In this document: piece after piece, positions 51,011 through 61,850 of the stretch | How the letters are laid out: every line of letters starts with the position of its first letter | Numbering within the stretch: position 1 is the stretch's first letter | Assembly: GCA_002104905.1 (NCBI GenBank) | Contig: MCFE01000322.1 | Coordinates: 31,379-95,378, forward strand | Direction: 5' to 3' | DNA length: 64,000 bases | Origin: Basidiobolus meristosporus CBS 931.73 | Lineage: Eukaryota > Fungi > Basidiobolomycota | Notes under the pieces: generated by a model | What the model was told of the DNA's origin: nothing | What the model saw: only the letters and a program-made list of their open reading frames with translations | Databases searched by the model: none | Translations under genes and position numbers: made by a program

Positions 51011-53547
51011 GCAACTAAGTAAAAATATCATATAAAATGCAACTGCTATTATTTATGCCTTCTTATACTTCCTGAGTAGCATAAAGCTTGGATATCAATT
51101 TTATCAGATATTGATACAGAGCACCCCAGAATCTGGGAAAATGGAAAAAATTTGCAGACAATAATCAATAAGTCATGATCAAGTTACCACTGGGGGAAAC
51201 CAGCTAGCTTTATCACGTATAGAGGTTGGAGGTTCCAAGGAAATCCATGAAAGATGATACTATTTCTACCATCCCAATTGCAATGCTTGATAGACATCTC
51301 ATTATCCAATCTGCGGATCAACGGTGAGTATCATTGACAGGTTTATTTAATAGGATATCCAATCATAAACTAGAGTTGCTGAGGTCTCCAGTATTCAAGG
51401 GAAATCAATAATAAGTGATTATACTTGAATCTTGTAGTGCCAAGGCTAGAGGCTAATACTTATCGTTTATTTAAAGCAACAAGATAGTTACACAACGGTT
51501 CACTTGTGCACACGGTGACTATAGATTCATACTCAAGGGAATAGGCACACTGAACTATGGGTATTTGTGTTTACCTGCAGGACCCCAAGTGTAGAGTGCT
51601 TTACTCATGGACGAAATGATATGACGATAGAAGGGCATGGGGGAGCTATAATGGGGCATGCAGCCGTAGAAGAGCTTCCAAGCTCAAGAATGCCACTCTT
51701 CATCACGCGTATTTCGCATTCTCAAGTCGGCATTGATTGACATTGACCGAAAACAAGATTTTCTGTTATCAATGAGTCATCCGAGTTGGATCTGTATCGG
51801 GAAGCTGAACATCATCTTCAGTTGCTCACAGGCTCTCACGCCAAATAGTAAGCAGAGCCAGGTCCCAGTGTAGTGTCCAAGTAGCAAATTGGCGTTGTGT
51901 AATGGGAATCAATGATTTCCATATCTCCCACGGAAAATCTAACTAGCAAAAATCGCAACATCCTGCTTCATTGTCATCCGCATCCCTAAAACGTCGATAT
52001 ATTGGTCTAAGGCAAGTTACAAGTCTCCGATTTTCACTTGCCCAAAGCTATTGTGTGGTCCTAATGTGCAAGATCTCCTATGGTGCTCTCTGTACACATC
52101 TCTGCTTCATATCAATAGATTGGGTGGCGATATAATCAATGGTGTTGGGAGATCCTCCCGGATCTCGCAAGCCCGAACAATGTTTCAACAAGGAAAAGAC
52201 CACAATGTGTTCATTTGTCCAATGGAACATTTGTGCAATTCCTACTGAAATGAAACGGTAACACCTTCACAACCAGGGTTCGCAATTTAGCAATGCCGAT
52301 CAACAGACTAAATACCATCTATTATTTAAAGTGTGGAAGGTACTTCAACTACGGAGAAGACGGAGTAACCAAGCATCCGACTTAAGTCTACTTCCTCGGT
52401 AGAGAGAAGGTAGATTCCCAAGTATTCCCTTGGAATTTTTCAATCGGTTGCCTTGCTACTTTGGGGATGCCCCACTGGCAATGGCATTATATAAGATAAT
52501 GATATTCTGGCCCGACCTAAGGGCATCATCAATCTTCTCGAAAGTATTTGGGACATATTCATTTTTGTAAGTAACTTGTATATTAGACCCATCAAGCCTG
52601 CATGCTTTAAGGATGGGTACCCATGGCACCCCCAGACGGAGAGCTAATAATGGCCGAAGTAGGAAGCCGCGAGCATTAAGTTCAAATACACCAGACACCT
52701 TCGCCTGGTGTGCGGCATTGATACGTAGAGCTCGATAACATTCGTTGTGGGATCACGGAATAGTGGGAAGACAGTTTGGACGGGTATTCATTTCAAAGGA
52801 AAGCCGCAGGCGTTGGAGGAATAGCCAATGACCTTCTCAATATCTTGGACCTAGTTGGTCATTCCGCTGGGAAGAAGTTTGGTGAACATCAAGATTTGAA
52901 AGTGAAATACACAAAGCTGAGGAAGAGAGCGAAAATATCCTGTCCTACTCCAGTGGCATAGCGTTGGGGATAGAAGGACACGAATCACAATCGGTGGCTC
53001 AACCTGAGTGACATGAACGTTTCAGAGGATTGAGTATTGGAGCATTGGGATTTTGTCTTCTGATAGGAAATGTAGGCGATACTCTACGGCTATGTCGCAC
53101 TGTTCCTTATTAGGCCGATGGCAATTTGTGGTTACTGGGTGGAATCTCACGTGGTTTCTAGCATAGGACGCGGCCAATATCCAGTGGATTCCATTAAAAA
53201 TAGTAAGCATGTCGAACAAATCAGCACTCTAGATCTCTGGCTATTCTGGTACGCGCTGCCATACCAATGAAAAATAGTCAATCCCTCAGTAATACCTACA
53301 ACGTCCTCTTTCAAGGAATCAAGTTTATGTGGAAATTTATGCTAAATATACATAGGGCAAGTGATTATGCTCCTGATGTGGGCATCACTTGGAATTATAT
53401 GGAATTGCAAGGTTGTAACGATGTGGCAATTTCTAGAGTATGATAAGCGAAGACAGTGTATTTCATATTAAGTATAGAGGGGTGGTAAAGTAACACGGAT
53501 TAGAGTTAGGTTTTCTATGTTAAAAATTCACTCTCCAGGCAACTCCG

Positions 53548-54603
53548 TCAGGAAGATAGCTGGCAAAAGCAACTAGAAGAGTGGGGGGATGCTTCGCAGT
53601 TACATGCCAGTGCAGTCTTGGATTCAACTGTTCTCAACATATGGGCCTCATGATGTCCGTTTTCCATGTTGTGATACAAATCGTGTCTTCTACCCTGGCC
53701 CGAGGAGCTCCCGCGAGTATTGGAATGTTTTGATATGTCGTCGGTCAAGAAACTAGCGCTGACTTGCACGCTTCTACTAGTAGACATCCACAACTGACTA
53801 GTCATTAGGCAGGAACCAATAACGGCTATTGAAAGAGTTAGTAATCGCCATCAACAGGAAAGATTCCATGCCATTGGCTTACCGGCAACTGCAAAAAGGA
53901 GAACGCCTGTCTTGGCTGGGCCATTTATGATGGATATTGCCACCAATGTAGTGGTGGATAGAGTAATGGCAAACATGTAGATTAGGCCATCCTTAATGAG
54001 AGCCGCCCAATGAGTTCCTTTGGTGCGTTTTTGTTGAATACGCAGGACCCAAAGGAAGATTCCGGAGTAGAAAAGATTAAAGACGATGTCGAGAACCAAT
54101 TCTACCAGTAGCCAATCTTCAGGTAATATACTCAGACATATCCTCTCGACTTCAAGACGCACGTGCGTTTCTTTAATAGCTGCCATGAGCACCGAAGTTA
54201 CAAATGCCAGCTCGAGAATGACATGAATCACCAGCAACCAAAGCGGCTTTTGGACCGCAAAGTATGCCTTGACAAACAGCAGAGAATGAAGCCCTATCAG
54301 CACCGCTATTACTAGTGACTCGATAATGCGACCTTGCACCAGACAACTAGACATGGGATAGATAAAGGAAAATAGGGCAATTGCCATGAGCACCAAAGCA
54401 CACAAAGACTGAACGAAGCACATCACCGGCGCGATAGTCGAATATCCTCGTCTGAGTATCAAACGGGTGGCATAGATGAAGTTGGGAATCATCACCGTAA
54501 ACATTGCAGCATATATGAATGTGAAAAGCTTGGCCTGCCTGAATTGCTCAAACGCAAGCCCCGAAGCTTCTGGCGGAGGTTGCTCCAGTCCCACCGATGG
54601 CAT
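53548..54603 (-). CDS. GPCR-like seven-transmembrane protein; 2 exons
   Basis: ATG at 54603 and six to seven hydrophobic segments. An intron after FAVA splices to AVIGSCLMTSQLW, giving the last helix and a polar tail. Confidence 0.7.
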
Positions 54604-56355
54604 GCTGTTGTGGAAAGTACAAGTAGGCCAGAATGAGTTTGAGTTCAAGTAAGAGACAAGAATCCTAGGCTTTGTAGATGAGTGGAGCATCTCAAGGATT
54701 TATGTAGTGATCGTACTACAATGGATTTTACAATTTTATTCGGTGTTGGATTTGGTTTGACGAGGTTGCGTCGGTGTATCCATCATCGCTGTAAGTGGAA
54801 TTTATGGTATGAGTTAGGTAGAAAAACTGGCCTGAGACCCTAAGAATAAGTAGAGATGTTCAGGTTTTTTGGGGGGGGGGCTACAACTTGGAAACAAACT
54901 AGTTTTTGGGTGAATTATTGAGGGGTAAATACCGACTGAGATTGTTCGGAGCATTCACCAATCTTATTAAAAGCTATGGATCATGTAGCGAGGTCTCATA
55001 GCGGTGTGCCACGGAAACAATTGGAAAGCCCTTGCACTTTAGACAGCAGCAGAACAATGAGAGCAGAGCCTGGCCACCAGAGCCGCCACACAAAACAAGG
55101 CTCTCCAAACAAATCTGTCCTGAATTGCATCTTCACGTGCCTTGGGAATCGATTCGAAACCAACAGCGGCAATGAACAGCTAAGCACAACGAGGACCCTA
55201 GTCCGACATTAGCACCGATGATGGCATTTTCCAACGGAATCCTACTAGTAAATAAAGTTACAAACATTTATGCTGTGCACTATTTCGACCTTTCAGAGAG
55301 GGCGGCTCGTAGCTACATCCCCGAAATCATCCAGAATAGGTAGTATTTCAGGTGCACCAAGGTCCGTTCTAGCATCAGAAAAGCCGATCCAAATTTTGCA
55401 TATTCCCAGTAAACAGCTTGCCTGGTAATCCTACTTACAATGGTACAAAATTCTCGTTTTGGACTGATTAAGTATTCTGGATTGCGTTACATGTTGGATT
55501 GAGCCTGGCCAGCAATTTGCCATGACTTCAATTTCGTAGGAAGAATTGCGTAATAATGTTTGTTGCGTCTAAGATGAGTCCATTTGTGCTACATCAGTTC
55601 CACCAATTTGCATAAATGAATATTGAATCAGCATATGCGTTCACTACTATGTGGAGTGGAATCTCAGATAGGCAAGATCCTTGATGATCGATTCTTTAGG
55701 AGTTTAATATTGCTTTATCATCAGCGTGAGTAACTTGAAGACATTCAAAAATCAACGGTCAATTTATATAAGACTAGTGATCACCATCTATTGTAACCAG
55801 CGTAACCGATGATACACTTTTTATCATATTGGTGGCGTTGCGTTGCAATCAGCGATCCATATCAGTAATTAACCTCTCATTTTGGTAAAGCCCATGCCGA
55901 TTCCATCAAATGTACTGGTAAAACCCAATATACAAGTATTCATATTGCCTGCAAATAGCCATCCTGTGGTCCTCAGCGCTATTTCAAACTGAAAGGCCGT
56001 TTATTCTGATTTAGATCACAAAAATAGCTTACTGGGGAATTTGAATAGAATATTCCTTTCCAAGTAAAAGCATCTCAACGACTAAGAAGCTGGAAACAAA
56101 AGTGTGGCAATAAACCATCAATATCTATCAAGCACACACAAAGACTATGTAAAAAGCACCTTACAATATCATTATTGTTATTAAGAGAATTCTTGCTTCT
56201 ATGTAGGGTAACTGAATCTAAACTTCAACCCACACCAAGGGCAAGGAAAGTACACAGTATGGTGAGATCACTGTTTTTACACCAACAAGTGGTTATAAAA
56301 GGGTTAGATTGTGGCTATTATAGTAAGGGCTAGAAAAGGCTAGAAGAGCAGGGGG

Positions 56356-56671
56356 CTAGGGGGGATGAAAGTTGCAATATAGTGAAATCTCTATTTATTT
56401 ATCATCAGTATTCAAGTAAGCTAAGCAAATTTAAGGTTATTCTTAGGGTTGGGGGATGATAATCAGCAAAGGGTGAAATACTTATTCAAATTATATTCAA
56501 TGAAGCCAAGTTGGAATAAGGATATTCAGAATGCAGAAAGCCTTCAAGATAAACTTAGACCTTACTAATTCCCAAATATCCTCAATTTCAAAGTCTAGAG
56601 GAGAATGTAGTAAGACAGCCAGTTACTGTAGTATTTCAGGGGGAAGTCTGTGATTTGAAGGGGAGGAGAGT
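56356..56671 (-). mobile_element. Two degenerate retroelement 3'-end modules (A at about 56356, B at 56443)
   Basis: Decayed versions of the shared terminus (CTAGGGGGGATG...GTGAAATCTCTATTT; TTAGGGTTGGGGGATG...GGTGAAATACTTATT...GAAGCCAAG). The body of B translates, across a frameshift, to a sequence resembling the ORF1 C-terminus (ITDFPLKYY...DFEIEDIWE). Confidence 0.55.
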
Positions 56672-57196
56672 TTAGGCGGAGGAAAGTCACCTAGTGGTGA
56701 AATCTTTATTTACTTATGACAAGTATCTAAAGAAGCCAAGTTAATCTGAAGTTATTCCTAGAAAGCTAGGTCTGAGAGATATCTTCCTGGTAAGCCAGAT
56801 CTGAGAGTTGAGAAGCTGAGTGGTACTATATTTCCTAGTGAGCTAGGTCTGAGAGAGGTTTCCTGGAAAGCCAGGCCTGAGAAGTGAGAATCTGAATATA
56901 TCTGAGCTAAGTTATACTGGTTAGCAGTAGCTGAATTGTGGCTGGAATGGCCAGTAGACTGGGGGAAATGATAGGAATTTCTGGGCAATCACTGGACAAA
57001 TTTACTAGGCAAATTTGGCCAATTAGCATTTCAAGGATCTCAGCCAATCAGAGCCGTTACTTTGCCCAATGGTTGATCAAACCATCTCCCAATGAGTACA
57101 CACCAACTTATTGATCAAATTCTGCTGGATGCAGGATTTGAACCCACAACCATTGGTATGGAAGGGTTAGGGATAACCACAAGGCTAAGTGTTCTT
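56672..57196 (-). mobile_element. tRNA-headed SINE-like element, apparently full length (module C)
   Basis: Minus-strand A-box-like TAGCCTTGTGG (57187-57177) and B-box GGTTCAAATCC (57144-57134) at tRNA spacing, a non-coding body, and a 3' terminus shared with the LINE. A second copy lies at 61170-61544. Confidence 0.7.
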
Positions 57197-57198
57197 GG

Positions 57199-57240
57199 TT
57201 AGGGGAGGGAAAGTCACTGAGGTGGTGAAATCTGTATTTG
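57199..57240 (-). mobile_element. 42-bp 3'-end-only module (D)
   Basis: TTAGGGGAGGGAAAGTCACTGAGGTGGTGAAATCTGTATTTG, followed by GGTTAGTTAGGG and the next module. Confidence 0.7.
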
Positions 57241-57309
57241 GGTTAGTTAGGGGGGAGACAGTCACCAACAGGTGAAATCTTTATTTCAGTTGAAACAAAG
57301 AAGCCAGCG

Positions 57310-60078
57310 CTACTGTTGTAGCTTTGATACAAGAGTGTGTAGCTGAGGGGAATTTGTAGGTAAGTTAATAAGAAGTGATGATAGCTCTTCAGTGCTCAAG
57401 ACACTGTTCAGTGGGAAGGGGGGTAGCAAGAGAGGTAAGAATGACTTGTGAACAACATTAATGAGGGGAATGTGATAAGGATTGATATTCATCATAAATG
57501 GAGTGTGCTGCTGCAGATATTGCTGCCAAAGGTCTGTCAAGTACTTCAGGTAGGCCAGCTTGGGTTTTTCTGACTGCAGAATAAATTGAGCAAACTTCTT
57601 GACTTCAGGATCTCCAAGTATAGTTCTCCAGCAGGAGCCAGGTGTAGTGAGGTGTGTTCTCCTTTATGCCTTAATTAGTGGGTTGTGGCAGTTGTGAAGT
57701 CTGAGGTATAATCTGGTTCTAAGGTAGAGAAGTCTGATCTTATAGGGCATAAACCCAAAAGCACCAAGAATAGCATGTCTGTAGGGGCATTCAGGCAGAT
57801 GAGGCACCAAGGAGGTAATGCACCATACTGCAAACTTGTCAAGCTTAGTGCAGTCTCTAGAAGTAAGAGAGAGAAGTGGTAAGCCAAATTCCAGGACAGG
57901 GAAGACAAACTGCTTGAGTAGAAGCAGGCAGCTGGGAGCTGAAGTTGTAGGAGGAGTAACTGCCAGTAGTTTGTGGAGTGCCTGTCTTGCCAGGATAATT
58001 CTCTTCTTCAGGTGTGCTCCAGAGTCTAGTCCAGTAGGAAGGAAAGGAAAGCCAAGATATGTAGCAGAAACCTGAGCAGGTAGAGTGGAGTTCTCCAAGT
58101 TGATGGGAGAGCCCAAAGGTACTGTCTTTGCAATGGAAAGCTGGAGATTATTCTTCTGCAGATACAGGTGGATGGTCTGGGAGTCTTGTTGCACATTGGA
58201 GGAGGATATTCTGATGTCATCAGCAAAGAGAGTAACCAGGCAGTCAGCTGAGAGTCTTGGGAAATCATTCAGGAAGATGGCAAACAGTATAGGACCAAGC
58301 ACAGAGCCTTGAACCACTCCATTAGGAACTGAGAACACAGCTGATTGCTCACTTGGGTGCAGAATTCTTGCTTGTGGATCCAGAAACAGAGACCTGAAAA
58401 GGAGGGTGAGAGAGGTACTGGAGAAGCATTGCAACTTGGACCAAAGCAGATTTCTGTCAACTGAATCAAAGGCCTTAGTAATATCAAACAGAACTGAGGG
58501 ATACTTGCACTGGAGAGAGTGATCTTGGCTAAGTATGACTGCATATTCCAAGGAGAGGCCAGGAACAAAGCCAAACTGTGCAGGATGAAACTTGAGGGAG
58601 TCAGAGTAGAGCTCCTGAGCAAGCAGAAGCTCAAACACCTTTCTGCAGGTGGGCAGCAGAGATATTGGCCTGTAGGAGCTAGGATCCAGGTGATTTCCTT
58701 TACCCTTGTACAGTGGCAGAACATTTGCAAAGGACCATTCCTCAGGAGTAGAAAGCTGGGCTGAGCAATGCTGAAACAGTGGAAGCAGAAGTGCAGACAT
58801 GGCCTTGGTACTAGTCTTCAGAAGCTCATAGGAGATTGTGTCCACACCTGGAGCAGTAGAGTTGGGAAGCCTCTTGAGCACATTATGGATTCTCCTTTGA
58901 TCAAGTGCAAGTGGGATGGGCAGAGTCTTGAAGTCAGGATGAAAGCCAGGAGTTGAGTACTGCTTTGTAGAGAAGAAGATGTTAGTCAGCTGTTCTGTTG
59001 AAGGTAACTTCCTGGAAGAGGGCCTCATTGCCCTGTAGAGTCTTGATACTGTTCTTGTTATAGAGTTGGAAGATTGCAGAGGCAAAGAACTCATAATATG
59101 ATCCCAGAGCTGAGTATGCAGAGTGTGGTGAAATGCCTTGGAGTGGTGTATTGCTGTCAGGAGGAGTTTCTCTGTTTTTGGGTTAGGGAAACTCAGGTAG
59201 CTTTGTTGCAGGGCTGAAACAATGGATTCCCATTTTCTTGAGGTAACAGCAGTAGTCTTGCATGGCAGTGAGAGGGAGGCAGACACCAGAATCAGATGCT
59301 TCACAAAGAGCCAGGCATAGTTGAGATCATCTGGCAGAGAAAGTAGCAAACTGGCAAGCTTCAAGTAGTTCCCAAAGTCTTTCTTCTGATTCTTGGTAGC
59401 TTTGTGGGTGAGCACAGTAAGTTTTGGCAGCTTCTTCTTCACAACTGGTTGCATAGAAAGGGACCAGGCTGGGTGGTCAGAGGCTCTGAAGGATCCTAGC
59501 TCAGCTCCAGAGAATTGCTTAACTTCATTCACAAAGTAGAGGGCAGCAGCAGAAGGGCAGATCCAGTCAACACATCTTTTCTCAGATTGAGCACCTAGTG
59601 CTAGCAGATGGCTTTCTCTCAGGAAGTTCAGTAGGAATGTAGACCTTGGCTTCATTCTTGCAGTCAGAGTAGTCTTGTTCTCAGTATGGGGAATGTTGAG
59701 ATCTCCAAGCAAGATAATAGGTGTTGATATAGATTGCTGGTATTGCTGAACATTCTGGCATATAACTTGCACTTCCTGAAGGGCAAGACTTGGAGGCAGA
59801 TAGCAGAGCACCAGACTGATAGTTGGCAACTGGAGTGCAGCACAGTAAGGGGAGTAAAGAGGAACACAGAGCTGAGGAGTATTGATGGTAGAAGAGATGA
59901 AGCAGATAGAGGAGGTATTCTTTGTTCTAGGAGTAGAAAAGCAATATAGATTAGTCAAAAGTATAGAGGGTAGCTGGACATCAATCAAACACAGGAGGGA
60001 GAATCTTGAAAGAAGTCTCTCTAGAGTTGGTCTTGATGGCTGTATGCTGTTGCAGTTAAGCAACAGAACTTCAGGTAG
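57310..60078 (-). CDS. LINE ORF2: AP endonuclease plus reverse transcriptase, with one in-frame TAA at 57664-57666
   Basis: APE motifs LLNCNS, LCYLPP, LLGDLN, VDWI, SDH. RT motifs APGVD, SYRPISLL, QFGFVPG, FDITKAFDSV, GVVQGSVLGP, LFADD, YLG. The frame stays open for 118 codons after the TAA. Confidence 0.92.
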
Positions 60079-61169
60079 TCAGGCAGAGGTTGTAGCTTCT
60101 TCAGAGGCAGCATTGACAATGTGACCTGCAGAGTCCCAGAGCTCTTCAAATGGTGCATCACTTAAGTCAGCAAGGAGGGAAATGGCATGGTTCTTGAGGA
60201 AGTATGCCACATCATAGGAGGGGGCTTGTCTCTTGATGGCAGCAAAGAAAGACAGAATGGCAACATGGGCTGGAGGCTTGTTGAACAGTAGAGAGTCAGA
60301 GGATTCAGATTCTTCAGGCACTATCTTGAAGTCAGTTTTCAGCCAGTTAAGGTTCTTCTCCACAAAGGCAACAAATGGGTCAGCAATGTTTTGGTCTAGG
60401 ATAACCTCCAGAATCTTCCCTTTTCTCCAGGCCAGGTTGACAATTCTTGAGAGCTGAATATTGCATGCCTTGAGTGCTTTCCTGATGTTGGAAATGGGAG
60501 TCCAGGGAACTTGCTTCAAGTACACCACAGTCCAGGTAGAAGCTGGTGGTAGGTTTGCTGGGGGCTTGTAAGTCCTTCTGTGTGGCAATGGAGCTGCAGT
60601 AGTCAGATTGGAGTCCACATTCTCAGTAGAGGGTTTTCTTGATGTGTCTTGCAGAATGGTACTGGAGCAGGATGTGCTGATAATTCTTGCTAGAACCTTG
60701 CCTGCATAAGTCTGAGGTATAGCTGAGGTGACTGTAGAGGTGGTGGCAGCTGGTGCAGGTGGAGAGGCAGAAACTGAAGCAGGAACTGAGGTCACCTGGG
60801 AGAAGGCAGTGGAAGCAGGTTTTCTGGGAGGATCAGAGTTCACTATCCAGTTGTTCTGTAAAACACTGGAGTAGCTTTTCTGTGGAACAGGATCTTGCTC
60901 TTGAACAGGAACAGAAGCAGCAGGCTGGGGCTGAGCAGTAGTGGTAAGGCAGTGGCACTCCAAGGAAGCTTTTTGCAAGGCATCTCTGGCAGTTTTCAGG
61001 GCAGTATTGGCTTCATTCTTGAGCTTCTTGCATTGGGCATCCAGTCTCTTGTTTTCAATAGTCAGGGCAGTATTGGCAGCCTCTAAATCTGCAATTCTCT
61101 TCTCAATTGCAAGGAATCTCTGAAGAAATGCATCAGTAGAAGTGCTGGCATCTGGGAGAGCAGTGGCAC
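60079..61169 (-). CDS. LINE ORF1 (coiled coil, low-complexity linker, conserved C-terminal domain), lacking its start
   Basis: I translated the frame upstream of the track's TTG start. It is open to the 61170 junction (ATALPDASTSTDAFLQRFLAIEKRIADLEAAN...), about 363 codons with no ATG. Confidence 0.8.
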
Positions 61170-61544
61170 TTAGGGGGGAGGACAGTCACCAAGTGGTGAA
61201 ATCTTTATTTACTTATGACAAGTATCTAAAGAAGCCAAGTTAATCTGATGTAATTCCTAGAAAGCTAGGTCTGAGAGATATCTTCCTGGTAAGCCAGGTC
61301 TGAGAGTTGAGAAGCTGAGTGGTACTGTATTTCCTAGTTAGCTAGGTCTTAGAGAGGTTTCCTGGAAAGCCAGGCCTGAGAAGTGAGAATCTGAATATAT
61401 CTGAGCTAAGTTATACTGGTTTGCGGTAGCTGAATTGTGGCCGGAATGGCCAGTAGACTGGGGGAACTGAGATGAATTTCTGGGCGATCACTGGCCAAGT
61501 TTACTAGGCAAATCTGGCCAATTAGCATTTCAAGGATTTCAGCC
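61170..61544 (-). mobile_element. 5'-truncated second copy of the SINE-like element (module F)
   Basis: Aligns to 56672-57044 with about 21 differences by eye, starts with TTAGGG and lacks the tRNA head. Confidence 0.85.
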
Positions 61545-61724
61545 TTAGGGGAGGGAAAGTCACCAAGGTAGGTGAAATCTTTATTTGAATGCAGACAAGT
61601 CTAACTACAAATAAAGAAGCCAGCTGGGAATAGAAGATTCCCAAAGTAAACACTAAGTTGAATATGAATAAATCTAAGCTAAAGTTAAGGCAGTATCCCA
61701 GAGTACACTGGAGTTCAGGTTCAT
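61545..61724 (-). mobile_element. 3'-end fragment of the ORF1-only family (module G)
   Basis: Starts with TTAGGG and repeats at a 177-bp offset as the 3' end of module H, with several differences. Confidence 0.85.
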
Positions 61725-61850
61725 GGGGAGGGAAAGTCACCAAAGTAGGTGAAATCTTTATTTGATTTCAGACAAGTCTAACAACAAATAAAGAAGCCAG
61801 CTGGGAATAGAAAATTCCCAAAGTAAACACTAAGTTGAATATGAATAAAT

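Larger units (their letters stand above)
57247..61169 (-). mobile_element. 5'-truncated APE-type non-LTR retrotransposon (LINE), telomere-oriented (module E)
   Basis: ORF1 plus an APE-RT ORF2. The 3' end is joined at TTAGGG (57247) with no poly(A). The 5' end is cut inside ORF1 at the TTAGGG at 61170. Confidence 0.92.

Noticed and set aside
57118-57194. Functional tRNA gene
   Set aside because: The acceptor, D and anticodon stems do not pair. Only the boxes and a decayed T-arm remain, so it is treated as a SINE head.
59180-59188. Internal GGGTTAGGG in ORF2
   Set aside because: The reading frame runs through it (FPNPK) and no terminus motif follows, so it is not a junction.
57247-61169. Penelope-like telomeric element (Athena/Coprina type)
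   Set aside because: The protein has an N-terminal APE domain and LINE-type RT motifs, which those endonuclease-deficient elements lack.
57311-61170. Ascomycete-type RIP as the cause of the skewed composition
   Set aside because: CpA/TpG dinucleotides are abundant and the ORFs are largely open. The loss is specific to CpG.
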